Of a stretch of 64,000 nucleotides of DNA, positions 29,580-39,212 are shown piece by piece. The position numbers and the translations under genes are program-made. How positions within the stretch are numbered: the stretch's first letter is position 1; every line of letters starts with the position of its first letter. Under the pieces are notes generated by a model, which was given only the letters and a program-made list of their open reading frames with translations, was not told the DNA's origin and made no database searches. Source of the stretch: Fibrobacteria bacterium (GTDB lineage Bacteria; Fibrobacterota; Fibrobacteria; UBA11236); the NCBI GenBank assembly GCA_043732185.1, contig JAYTHY010000006.1, positions 46,338-110,337 of the forward strand, given 5' to 3'.

Positions 29580-29607
29580 AAGATAACAAAATCAGCAGAC
29601 TTGTCAA
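29580..29607 (-). promoter_or_regulatory. Putative sigma70 promoter of the zinc-finger gene
   Basis: Minus strand TTGACA-16 nt-TATCTT, with TGn extension. Confidence 0.55.
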
Positions 29608-29792
29608 CCAGTAAAGTCAGTTTTTAACCTTATTTGACTTTTTATAGGCGAAATCTCGCTGAAAAAGGCATATTTATTTTTTAAATTTTTCCAGCTAAAA
29701 CCTAGAGTGGGGCATCGGTTATGCGTTTTGGAATTTTCCTACCCACAAGGATTTCAAGCTGTATTTCTGATCCAGGGCTATAATTAGGATCC

Positions 29793-31370
29793 ATGCCAAT
29801 AATCAAATCGAGCCTCCGGCGCTTTCCAAAAAAAGCGCCTGGAATAGGGGTTATTGCCATACTGCTGCTCTCGGGCTGTTTATTAAGCTCCAAACTGCCG
29901 GCACCGGCTGAAAACACGGGAACCATACTTACAGTCGATACACTTTACCCTCAATCCGCCACACCGGATCGAAAAGTAGATCTCTTTCAACCACTGCTCG
30001 ACGCGGCGCTTGCCCCAGGAAAATATACGGCGCCTGAAATCTTTCCCCCCGTAAATGTCAAAGAGAAATATTCAGGCCAGATAGTTCGCTACACCCTGAC
30101 TCAACAACATTTTGGCACTTGGACTCCGGACTTGGAATTCAAATGGAATTTGTTTTTACTTCAGGTCAATTTTCTTTTCCCAACAGGATTGCCGGATACT
30201 ACAGGCATGGCAGGCAAAACCAAGACGCTCTATGACTCGATTTCTAAAGTCGATGCGTTCACCCGTTACTTCGATAGCGCCGCAGCGCCCAGTATCCTGA
30301 ATAGGATTACCACATCTATTAAGCCAGGAGCCATCGGCATCGCGTTAAAACTTTCGGCAGGCCAGGATACACTCGAAATTCAACAGGTTGTAACTGGCTC
30401 ACCGGCCCAAAATGCAGGCCTTGTTATTGGAATGAAGATTTTAGCGGTGAACGACTCTTCAGTAGTCGGCGACTCCGCCATGGTGAGGTTTCAGCGCTTC
30501 AGTGTTGGAGATTCCGGCCAACCGGTGACTTTAACAGTTCTCGGTGGGCAAGGTATTCTTAAAGCAGCTATGATACGCGCGCCCGTCGCCTTTCCTACCG
30601 TACTGGCAGACTCGCTGGCGGAAAATGTCGGATACATCTCCATCAGTAGCTTTACGCCCAACACGGTGGGATCCAAATCCACCTACACAGAGTTCCGAGA
30701 TGCACTCACTGCGACCAAGAAATTTCCCATGACGATATTGGACTTCCGGGACAATGGGGGTGGTTCCGTGGATATCGCGCTAAACATGTGCGACGAAATT
30801 TTGACTGCGGAAACGGTGATTATCCGCGAAGTGCAACGGCGTTACCTTGACGCCACCCGCGCATCATTAAATGCAGAGGCTACCTCCCTGGCCACCTCTG
30901 GTGGCATCGGAGAATTTGCTGTAGGTGGAGGAAAGCGCAAGTACCTACTGCTGGGCAACAGTCATAGCGCCAGTGCTGCAGAAATTATGATTATTGCCCT
31001 CAAAGAAGGCGCCGCAGCTCCACTCATGGGAACCAAAACCTTTGGTAAGGGTGTTGGACAAACAGTAAGGAACACCCCTGGACATGGATTGGCGTTGGTC
31101 ACCTTTTTAAAGTTCACCGGTGCTTCTGGTTTGGATTATCACAAAAAAGGCATTGAACCCGACTATTTGGACTCCGCCTCCGGCGACAGCCTTCTGGTAC
31201 ACGCTACCATGGTAGCCCAAACGCTGCTGGGTAAACCTGCGAAAAAGCTTTCGGCCCTTGGCGTCAGCGTAGGCGACGCTGATGTTGTTAAACGGGCAGC
31301 ATTCATCGAATGGAACCGCAACCAAACTATTCGGCCGGCAAAGAGGGATTTCGACATTCCCTTTCCGTGA
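29793..31370 (+). CDS. S41 C-terminal processing peptidase lipoprotein with PDZ domain
   Basis: Lipobox LSGC, GSPAQNAGL (PDZ), DFRDNGGG, SASAAE, TFGKG. Confidence 0.9.
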   Translation: MPIIKSSLRRFPKKAPGIGVIAILLLSGCLLSSKLPAPAENTGTILTVDTLYPQSATPDRKVDLFQPLLDAALAPGKYTAPEIFPPVNVKEKYSGQIVRYTLTQQHFGTWTPDLEFKWNLFLLQVNFLFPTGLPDTTGMAGKTKTLYDSISKVDAFTRYFDSAAAPSILNRITTSIKPGAIGIALKLSAGQDTLEIQQVVTGSPAQNAGLVIGMKILAVNDSSVVGDSAMVRFQRFSVGDSGQPVTLTVLGGQGILKAAMIRAPVAFPTVLADSLAENVGYISISSFTPNTVGSKSTYTEFRDALTATKKFPMTILDFRDNGGGSVDIALNMCDEILTAETVIIREVQRRYLDATRASLNAEATSLATSGGIGEFAVGGGKRKYLLLGNSHSASAAEIMIIALKEGAAAPLMGTKTFGKGVGQTVRNTPGHGLALVTFLKFTGASGLDYHKKGIEPDYLDSASGDSLLVHATMVAQTLLGKPAKKLSALGVSVGDADVVKRAAFIEWNRNQTIRPAKRDFDIPFP

Positions 31371-31491
31371 CCGTGTCCTCAGCGAAACGATTTCAACTCC
31401 AGCTTATTTTAGAACACCAGACATTTCCCCTGATACCTCCATAAACCCAAATAACTAAATTTGTATTACTTTATTGGAAGGAGGAAATACT

Positions 31492-32277
31492 ATGTCAAAA
31501 AATAATGGAATCCAAGCCCACCCGCTTTTCAAACTGGGTAAAGCCCAAGCCAAACGTGACAGTCGGAATTTTATGTTCGCCAACTTAGTTAAGGCGCCAC
31601 TCGTGGTTCCGGCCGAATATGATTTTGATCTCAAGCATACCGGTATTCCCACGCCCATGTTTGCCAATGATACGTATGGTTGCTGCGTTATTTCCGGTCG
31701 CGCCCATCAAACTTTACGGTTTGAATTGATAGAGCAAAAGGCCAAAATCCAAATCACGGATAAGGAAGTAATTGCCGAATACTTGAAGGAAACCGGAGGT
31801 GTAGATTCCGGTTTGGTGGTTCTGGACTCCCTTAAACTGTGGCGTAAAAGTGGGTGGAAAGCCGCGAAGAAAGTTTACCGCATTCAAGCTTTCACTGAAA
31901 TTCCTACCAAGGATCATGCGTCTGTTAAACAAGCAATATATATGGATTTGGGAGTGGGTCTGGGTCTAAGCTTGCCAGTTTCCGCTCAAGCACAATTGCA
32001 GGCGGGCAAACCGTGGTCGCCGATTTCAGGTGCTGGCTCAGCCGCAAATTCATGGGGCGGACATTATGTATATGTGTGCGGATATACATTAACAGGTCCG
32101 GTTTGCATAACCTGGGGTCGTAAGCAACAAATGACATGGGCTTTCATCGACAAGTATTGTGATGAAATTTACGCCCTAATCGATGGAGTAAATACGGCCA
32201 AAAAGAAAAAAGGACTGAACTCGACTAAAATTGAAAAAGCTATAGCGGGTCTCAAAGGTTCTTCACGCAACCCCTGA
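31492..32277 (+). CDS. Putative papain-fold cysteine peptidase-like protein
   Basis: GGAGG RBS; NDTYGCCV, WGGHYVYVCGY, ITWG, FIDKYCDE. Confidence 0.6.
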   Translation: MSKNNGIQAHPLFKLGKAQAKRDSRNFMFANLVKAPLVVPAEYDFDLKHTGIPTPMFANDTYGCCVISGRAHQTLRFELIEQKAKIQITDKEVIAEYLKETGGVDSGLVVLDSLKLWRKSGWKAAKKVYRIQAFTEIPTKDHASVKQAIYMDLGVGLGLSLPVSAQAQLQAGKPWSPISGAGSAANSWGGHYVYVCGYTLTGPVCITWGRKQQMTWAFIDKYCDEIYALIDGVNTAKKKKGLNSTKIEKAIAGLKGSSRNP

Positions 32278-32321
32278 GGTGATTCGCGCACCTACTAAAG
32301 GTCCGTTCATTCAAAATTGAA

Positions 32322-33482
32322 TTAAATCGGCGGACCTAACTTCTCTTCCAATATGGAAAGAAAGACTCGAATGCCGATAGCCAATGCCTCATCGTTAAAA
32401 TCGAAACGTGGGTTGTGCAAAGGTCCATGGGTGAGCCCAAGCCCTAGCCATAAATACACGCCCGGAACTTTTTCCAGAAAAAACGGAAAATCTTCTCCGG
32501 CCATGCTGGGCTTTGGTTCCAGGCATGCTGCTTCTCCGACTACCTTGGTCACGGCACGTCGTGCCAAAGCAGAAAGATCTAAGTCGTTTATAGTTGCCGG
32601 ACATCCTTCGACCCACGCCAAGGTGGACCCAAGTCCAAGACCCTGGCACAGATTCCGCGTAAGGCTTTCCAGTGCCAACTTGAGTTTGGTGCGCAGCGAT
32701 TCGTTATGCGTTCGTAACGTGCCTCGCAAAAGGCAGTCTTCGGGAATGACATTGTAAGTTCGACCGCCCTCCACATGGCCAAAGGTCAAGACCGAGGATT
32801 CCATCGGATCCGTGTTTCTGCTAACCAAGGACTGGGCGGCCAGGATAAGTTGTGCGGCGCCGAAGATAGGGTCTAAGGTTTGATGCGGCTGAGCTCCGTG
32901 TCCACCACGACCCAGAACTTTAATTTCAAAATTGTCCACGGAGGCCATAACGGCACCCTTGTGAACACCTACGACACCCAAAGCGAGATCCGGCCACCCA
33001 TGCAATCCAAAAATGGCTTCCACTTTTGGCGCCTCAAGGACACCATCCTGCACCATTAACCGCGCTCCATTGCCACTTTCTTCCGCCGGTTGGAAAATGA
33101 GCTTTATATCGGTAGCATAGGACTTGCGCGACCGCCCGAGATGCTTTGCCAACCCTAGTAAAATACTGGCATGCCCATCATGGCCGCAAGCATGCATCAC
33201 TTCATTGGCATGAGAAGACCAGGGTAACTCAGAAGTTTCCTTTAACGGCAGTGAATCCATGTCCGCCCGTAAGGCCACACTACGGGTTCTATCTCGGCCC
33301 GGCCAAAGGCCAACTACGCCGGTGGAATCGGGAAAAGTCACCACTTCGAGTCCAGCTGCTTTGAGTTCGATGGCGATGAGATCGCGAGTCTTGAATTCTA
33401 CACCACTTAGTTCCGGTTCCTGATGCATTCGGTGGCGGAGCGCGATGCTTTCCGCAATAATATCCTTTGCGAGTGGTTCCAT
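32322..33482 (-). CDS. M20D amidohydrolase
   Basis: LRADMD, MHACGHDGH, FQPAEE, GGHGA, EDF, LHNPRF. Confidence 0.93.
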   Translation of the reverse strand: MEPLAKDIIAESIALRHRMHQEPELSGVEFKTRDLIAIELKAAGLEVVTFPDSTGVVGLWPGRDRTRSVALRADMDSLPLKETSELPWSSHANEVMHACGHDGHASILLGLAKHLGRSRKSYATDIKLIFQPAEESGNGARLMVQDGVLEAPKVEAIFGLHGWPDLALGVVGVHKGAVMASVDNFEIKVLGRGGHGAQPHQTLDPIFGAAQLILAAQSLVSRNTDPMESSVLTFGHVEGGRTYNVIPEDCLLRGTLRTHNESLRTKLKLALESLTRNLCQGLGLGSTLAWVEGCPATINDLDLSALARRAVTKVVGEAACLEPKPSMAGEDFPFFLEKVPGVYLWLGLGLTHGPLHNPRFDFNDEALAIGIRVFLSILEEKLGPPI

Positions 33483-34411
33483 TATATCCCGGGCACTTTG
33501 TTGGTATTGTTCAAATTTTCGGATAGAACAAGCTCAGGCAAAAAATAATCCATCGGGTCGGTCTTGGAATTGTGGACGCTGAGCTCATAGTGAAGATGCA
33601 CACCGGAGGCCACCCCAGTCATACCCATGGTGCCAATGGGCTCGCCTCGCACCACTTTCTGACCCTCTCGTACTAAGATATCCTGAAGATGGGCATAAGT
33701 AGTGAATACGCCTCGACCGTGACTGACTTTTATTCGATTTCCCCAGAGCAAATCCTTTTCAATACTTTCGACAATACCGCCACCTGTAGCAAAAACAGGA
33801 GCGCCGGCCCGTAAGGAAAAATCCACCCCAGCATGCAGCGCTTTTCGACCGGTAAAAGGATCAGGACTGTAGCCGAACTCTCGAGTTAGAATGGCCTCAG
33901 TAGACACGGGATATCCGGTAGGTAACCCGTCAACGCGGTCCTTTTGGCGCTGCAAAAGTTGAATAGTGGAATCGAAATAACTGGAAATTTTTTGGGCTCG
34001 TTCAAGAGAGGCGGAAATATCCGTTTTCATTCCGGAAAAATTTGGAAAGAAGGAAAATAGGCTGGCCGCTTTTTGCTGCTTTTCACCCTCGATATAGTCG
34101 CCACCTGTCATCATTAGGGTATTGATTCTTTGTTCTTCGAGTCTGCCAAGGTCACTTTTGAGTCCACGCATATCGAGGTCAAGCGCTCCAACCCGTTCTG
34201 ATAGAACCCGATTTTCCGCCCAAAGTTTTTTTCGCAGTGTAGAGGTATCTGGCCGTTCATGCAGAAATCCGGCCAACGAAAGCGCAATGCCAAGTCCGGC
34301 AAAAACCAGAATGGTGCCGGTCACCAGAAGCCCAAACCGTCGCGAAAAGGAAAATACTTTGACCCGGCTGGCATCTTTTGGATAGAAGATGATTCTGAAC
34401 TTCTTGTCCAT
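33482..34411 (-). CDS. M23 metallopeptidase with N-terminal TM and coiled coil
   Basis: HAGVD, YAHL, HLHYE; TAATG overlap with the amidohydrolase. Confidence 0.9.
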   Translation of the reverse strand: MDKKFRIIFYPKDASRVKVFSFSRRFGLLVTGTILVFAGLGIALSLAGFLHERPDTSTLRKKLWAENRVLSERVGALDLDMRGLKSDLGRLEEQRINTLMMTGGDYIEGEKQQKAASLFSFFPNFSGMKTDISASLERAQKISSYFDSTIQLLQRQKDRVDGLPTGYPVSTEAILTREFGYSPDPFTGRKALHAGVDFSLRAGAPVFATGGGIVESIEKDLLWGNRIKVSHGRGVFTTYAHLQDILVREGQKVVRGEPIGTMGMTGVASGVHLHYELSVHNSKTDPMDYFLPELVLSENLNNTNKVPGI

Positions 34412-34456
34412 AGTGGTCTCTACTGCGGGCAGGCCGACCCACCAAGTCGCTTTCTA

Positions 34457-34762
34457 CTAAGGTTTACGTTGGGCTTCGCCCAACTTGGCTTCTAAATCAC
34501 TGATGTTCTTTTTGAATTTTTGAATATTTCGTTGCATATCGACACTACTTGGTCGAATTTCAAACCCAGCCAGTGACTCCTCCATGATAGCCGAATACGC
34601 TTCTTTGCCAAGTTCGGTAAACTCCCTGGTCAACTTTCGTCTTTCCGCCATAAGGTCTAAATGCAGCTTTCCATTTCTGGCTGCCTCTTCGATTTTGGTG
34701 GCGGAAGTCTGGGCGCCGGCCAAGACTGTTCTTTTCAATTTTTCCAGAAAACTGTCGGACAT
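34457..34762 (-). CDS. Hypothetical coiled-coil protein
   Basis: GGAGG RBS before ATG 34762; helical; ELGKEAY. Confidence 0.7.
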   Translation of the reverse strand: MSDSFLEKLKRTVLAGAQTSATKIEEAARNGKLHLDLMAERRKLTREFTELGKEAYSAIMEESLAGFEIRPSSVDMQRNIQKFKKNISDLEAKLGEAQRKP

Positions 34763-34913
34763 TTGGATTTCCTTCCCTCCAGTTGCGTAGGATCGGTACC
34801 AGGATATGGCAGATTCAGGCCAAAGAGAGCCGTTACCAAGGGTTAATGTAGTAATTTGGTGTTTACTGCCAGCTTGGCGCAAACCTTGGCCCAAGCAGCA
34901 CGCTTTAACCAGG

Positions 34914-35174
34914 TCAGGGCTCTTCGGAAAGGGGAGGTCCTTGGTCTTCGGTAGGGTTTTCACCGGGTTCGGCCGTCTCCTGCTCCCGTTCCCGTTCCCG
35001 TTCCGCCCGCAACGTCTCATTGATGATTTGACGAAAATTGGCATCGACGAAATCAAAAACATCGTCCTGCTGCGCCTGCGGATCGTCCATCAATAATTCC
35101 TGTATACATAGAGCCGTGGAAATCATGATTTCCTTTACCAGCTCCTCATCATACATTTTCAAATGATCGGGCAT
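34914..35174 (-). CDS. Small acidic hypothetical protein
   Basis: GAGG-like RBS before ATG 35174; MPDHLKMYDEEL...; ERERER repeat. Confidence 0.6.
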   Translation of the reverse strand: MPDHLKMYDEELVKEIMISTALCIQELLMDDPQAQQDDVFDFVDANFRQIINETLRAEREREREQETAEPGENPTEDQGPPLSEEP

Positions 35175-35391
35175 TCGTCCGCCTCTCTCGCCCAACCCTA
35201 TGGCGTTCATGGATATTATACGCATCAGGAATGGACGGACGCAAGACAAGTAGGCCTGAGGTTTTTATCTTAGGCGGCCTATATCAGATCAAAGCCCATG
35301 CGCTTCGGTTGAGCTGAATTGCTAAAATTGGGTTTGATCTATTTTAAGATATTTGAGGTTTCCCGCTTTGGGGCCGCATCAAAGGCAGTGC

Positions 35392-36717
35392 ATGTCCATA
35401 CAAAAACCAGGTGAATCCCGAAGCCTAGGCAGGGCAGGCAGGACCTTTGTCAAAGAAATCCTGGTTCCCATTCTACTCGCCTTGGTGGTCATTCAGTTCG
35501 TCATCCAAGCTTTTAAGATTCCTTCCGCATCGATGGAAAATTCACTCCTAGTAGGTGATTTTCTCCTTGGCTTAAAATTTGTCTTTGGGTCGCCCATCCC
35601 ATTTTCCAATCATAAACTTCCTGGCCTTACTGATCCCAAACCCGGTGACGTCTTAATCTTCAAGTATCCCGGCGATCCGGAATACCCGGAAGGCGACAAA
35701 GACAAATACAAGTTTGTGGCCAACCTTTTCCTCTTCGGAAATCTCTACTGGGACAGGTCCCCACCCAATGGTTACAACCACTTGGTTTGGTATATGCCTA
35801 AAGATTTCATCAAGCGATGCGTGGCACAAAGCGGACAAACCTTGACGGTATCAGGCAAGCGCCTACTGATCGATGGCAAAGAGTCCCCCTTGCCGCCGCG
35901 AGGCCAACACAAAGATCCCCGCGGTTACGATCCCCAGCGCGATTCGCTGGTGTATCGATTACCGGCCCCTGGCGAAACCTTGGATTTCGATACGCTTTCC
36001 CTTAAGGATGCCGTATGGATCCGTTCCTTGGCGTACCAGGAAAATCCCGACAGCAAGGTGGAATTGCAGCTCGACTTGATGAAAGACTCCACAGTCGACA
36101 ACAACTATACCCTACCCTATCTCAATGGGGATCCCGAAAACGGATCGCACGGCGCCGTCTACGCTCTACTGAACCTGCGCTGGCAGCGAGCATATGAGGG
36201 AAGCACCATGTACCTTCATGCTGAAAACATTCCCTTCAGCATCATCCAAAAAGCCGCCCGCACTGGTTTCATTAGGACCAACGATCTTCCCGCGTTCTTG
36301 ACATACAACCCTTCCGACAGTGCTTCCGCAGCCTTGCACCGCGGCGGCCGTCGCGTAGAAAACAACGAATACTTTTTCGGCAGTTATTTGGATTTCATCA
36401 ACCTTAACGTGATCGGACAAGGCAATCAAGCCGGTCGTCATTACTGGATCAAACCGTCTTTGAACATAGACGGCAAAAATGTGCATACGTATACCGTCAA
36501 AAAGAAATGCTATTTCATGATGGGCGACAACCGGGACAACTCATCGGACAGCCGATATTGGGGTTTGCTTTCCAAGGACTTTGTCAAAGCCAAGGCATTT
36601 ATCATTTATTTCTCCTTTGAAAATGCGGACGAAAGCTTCAAGTTCACCAACCCGTTCTCCTGGCTGCTCATTCCCCAGAAAGTTCGGTGGACCCGTATTG
36701 GCAAGCTCATCGAATAA
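35392..36717 (+). CDS. lepB: Signal peptidase I with a large insertion
   Basis: IPSASM (Ser), GDFL, FIKRC (Lys), GDNRDNSSDSRYWG. Confidence 0.93.
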   Translation: MSIQKPGESRSLGRAGRTFVKEILVPILLALVVIQFVIQAFKIPSASMENSLLVGDFLLGLKFVFGSPIPFSNHKLPGLTDPKPGDVLIFKYPGDPEYPEGDKDKYKFVANLFLFGNLYWDRSPPNGYNHLVWYMPKDFIKRCVAQSGQTLTVSGKRLLIDGKESPLPPRGQHKDPRGYDPQRDSLVYRLPAPGETLDFDTLSLKDAVWIRSLAYQENPDSKVELQLDLMKDSTVDNNYTLPYLNGDPENGSHGAVYALLNLRWQRAYEGSTMYLHAENIPFSIIQKAARTGFIRTNDLPAFLTYNPSDSASAALHRGGRRVENNEYFFGSYLDFINLNVIGQGNQAGRHYWIKPSLNIDGKNVHTYTVKKKCYFMMGDNRDNSSDSRYWGLLSKDFVKAKAFIIYFSFENADESFKFTNPFSWLLIPQKVRWTRIGKLIE

Positions 36718-36742
36718 GGCTTGGGTAGGCCCTTCCGGCCTA

Positions 36743-38644
36743 ATGGTATGGCTCGCAGCCGCGTGGCTGGCGGGTTGTGCCCATATGGAAGCTCCGCCAG
36801 GGGGACCGCCCGATACCAAAAAACCGTTTGTGTCCGCCGTGGACCCGGCCCCGGACGCTGTGCACATTTCTCCAGAACTCAAAGCCCGCATTGCATTTTC
36901 GGAATGGGTGGATCCAGATGTGGAACACGGCAAGGTCTATCTCAATCCGCCATTGTCGAGCAAACTGAAAACCAACCTATCCGGTAACCTGCTAACCCTA
37001 TCCAGTAAAGCACATCTGGATACGGGAACAACCTATTTGCTTGGTGTGCTTGGCAACGTTAAAGATTTGCACGGCCTACCTTTGGAGAGCCCATTTGAAC
37101 TTGTCTTTACAACCGGCGGCAAACTGGATTCCGGAAAACTCTCCGGCCACGTTGTGCCCTTTCAGAATAGACCTACTGCCGGAAGTTTCGTCGCCCTATA
37201 TCCTCGAGGTGCGGATTTGCGCTTACGCTTTCAGCACTTGAACCGCAAAGGAGACAGCGCTGTTATACCCACAGCTTTGCCGGATCCGGCCAAAGAACGG
37301 CCAGCCTATTTGACGCCCTCGGATTCAGTGGGTCACTTTCAATTCCGCTCGGTTCGACCCGGACGCTATGCCCTGCTTGGCTTCCAAGACATCAACACCA
37401 ATTTGAATCCGGATGTTGGAGTCGAAGCCTTGGCAATTGGGCCTACAGTGGAGGTTTCCGCATCCGAGGATAGCAAAACTCTGGCTCTTTTCGCCTATGA
37501 CACCGTGCCGGTAAAACTGATGGAAGCCAAATGGGTCAAGGAAAGCGGTGAGGGCAAACCCATCGACGGCACCGTGCGGCTCAAGTTCAGTCGAGCCCCA
37601 CATCCCTTACTTTGTCAGCTTCGAGAAAGCTATGCGGTGCATAAAGCCGGATCGAAAGATTCCGTTGCAAACGGGGTCCGTATTCCCGTCCTTGAGGTGT
37701 GTGTCCATCCTGTAACCGGCGAGGTGGAATTGCATACTGCTCCACTGTTAGCGGACAGTCAATATGTTGTCTCTTGTATTGGACTTACCGATCCTTATGG
37801 TCATCCCTTGGATAGTGCGCGCTCCCGCGCCCCATTTCGCGTTACTGGCACTGCGGACACGGCCTATCCGACCATGATTTTTCTAGGGCCCCGCAAGGTG
37901 AATGGGGAGCCCGAAAAAATCGGTATGGACAAGCTACTGCCAGGTCGCGGCTTGGCGATTTACTTTCCCAGACTGCTCACGGACTCGGTCATGGCCAATT
38001 TGAAAAGCCGTCTTGTGGTCAAGGCGGATTCAAGTCCGATTTCTTACACTTTGCTGCGCGCCAATCACCATGAGTTTGCGATGCAAATGCCCTCGATCAA
38101 ACTCGCCGGACAAAGACTCCAATTCAGCCTCCTCCCTTATCGCGCAGATACGGGGAATTATCGAGCAGATACTGGGAAAGCCTCTTCTCCAGTGCCCTTT
38201 GCCGCTTACACACTGATGGACGCCACCAAGCTAGGCTCACTAAAATTTACCACTGAACCTTCTGCTTTCGGCTCCCGAATGGTGCTGCGCAGCTTGTCTT
38301 CACCAGCGGAATTCAGTCGATTGGTCCCATCCGTCCAAGAATTCGTCTGGGATAGCCTGCCTGAGGGTTGGTATGCATTGGATTATTTTCGCGATGCGAA
38401 CGGGGACGGCATTTGGAATCCAGGAAGCCTAAGCCCCTGGTCTGTACAAGAGCCCTATGTCATGTGGACGGATTCACTTGAAGTGAAACCCAATAGTATC
38501 GGTGATGGAAATGCCGCTTCAGGAGCGGTTTCTACCCCAGATTCAGTTGCCTCCACAACTGCAACAGATTCTGCAGCCGCAGGTGTCACGGCAATGCCAG
38601 TCACGCATAAGCGCAAGAAGTTTTCTTGGCCACCAAGCTGGTAG
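36743..38644 (+). CDS. Ig-like (Big_5) domain lipoprotein
   Basis: LAGC-A..PPGGPPD..P, FSEWV, FTTG, DxNxN motifs; start uncertain. Confidence 0.8.
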   Translation: MVWLAAAWLAGCAHMEAPPGGPPDTKKPFVSAVDPAPDAVHISPELKARIAFSEWVDPDVEHGKVYLNPPLSSKLKTNLSGNLLTLSSKAHLDTGTTYLLGVLGNVKDLHGLPLESPFELVFTTGGKLDSGKLSGHVVPFQNRPTAGSFVALYPRGADLRLRFQHLNRKGDSAVIPTALPDPAKERPAYLTPSDSVGHFQFRSVRPGRYALLGFQDINTNLNPDVGVEALAIGPTVEVSASEDSKTLALFAYDTVPVKLMEAKWVKESGEGKPIDGTVRLKFSRAPHPLLCQLRESYAVHKAGSKDSVANGVRIPVLEVCVHPVTGEVELHTAPLLADSQYVVSCIGLTDPYGHPLDSARSRAPFRVTGTADTAYPTMIFLGPRKVNGEPEKIGMDKLLPGRGLAIYFPRLLTDSVMANLKSRLVVKADSSPISYTLLRANHHEFAMQMPSIKLAGQRLQFSLLPYRADTGNYRADTGKASSPVPFAAYTLMDATKLGSLKFTTEPSAFGSRMVLRSLSSPAEFSRLVPSVQEFVWDSLPEGWYALDYFRDANGDGIWNPGSLSPWSVQEPYVMWTDSLEVKPNSIGDGNAASGAVSTPDSVASTTATDSAAAGVTAMPVTHKRKKFSWPPSW

Positions 38645-38708
38645 TATGGCGCACTTTTCATCCGGCTACGCTAAAAACCTCTAAAAAAACTACCTTTCCC
38701 TGCCAATC

Positions 38709-39212
38709 ATGGATGAGCTCGTACCCATTGCCTCCAGCGTGGAGCGTCCTTCCCTGGAGCGGCTGGAAAAATATTTGCGCCATCACGGGATACTTTGCCA
38801 ATGGTGCCAGGAAGATGCCGTTTCGGTAAAATTTCAATTGATGGTTTTACCTTCGGAAATAAAACGGGCCCAAGGTCTGCTTGCGGATATTGCCTACAGC
38901 AGCCATGACCTCAATAATGTGGAAGATGTTATTGAAATTCAGTTTGATGGAACGGAACGGATTGAAGTCGCTTCCTGGCTGCAAGTGCTTTTGGATGAAG
39001 AGGACCATGAAGGTTCGCCCGTTTACTTTTTCAAAACCGAATTGGAATTTATACTTGATGAGCTGCATGCCTTCGGTAGAGTGGAGCTTCCCCTGTTCAT
39101 TATCAAAGGTCTTAAAGGCTTTATACCCAAAGGCCCCCGCCGAATGCAGATGGGGCAAGGGCTTCAGGAGTTCTTCACCATGATCGAGGCTGTAGCTGAA
39201 GGCGACGGATAA
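38709..39212 (+). CDS. Hypothetical protein (possible N-terminal DUF2007-like fold)
   Basis: LRHHGILC...LMVLPSEIKRAQGLL; stop abuts the kinase start. Confidence 0.65.
   Translation: MDELVPIASSVERPSLERLEKYLRHHGILCQWCQEDAVSVKFQLMVLPSEIKRAQGLLADIAYSSHDLNNVEDVIEIQFDGTERIEVASWLQVLLDEEDHEGSPVYFFKTELEFILDELHAFGRVELPLFIIKGLKGFIPKGPRRMQMGQGLQEFFTMIEAVAEGDG

Noticed and set aside
38138..38180. 21-bp in-frame duplication (YRADTGN/YRADTGK)
   Set aside because: Only two copies, in a probable loop; ordinary slippage
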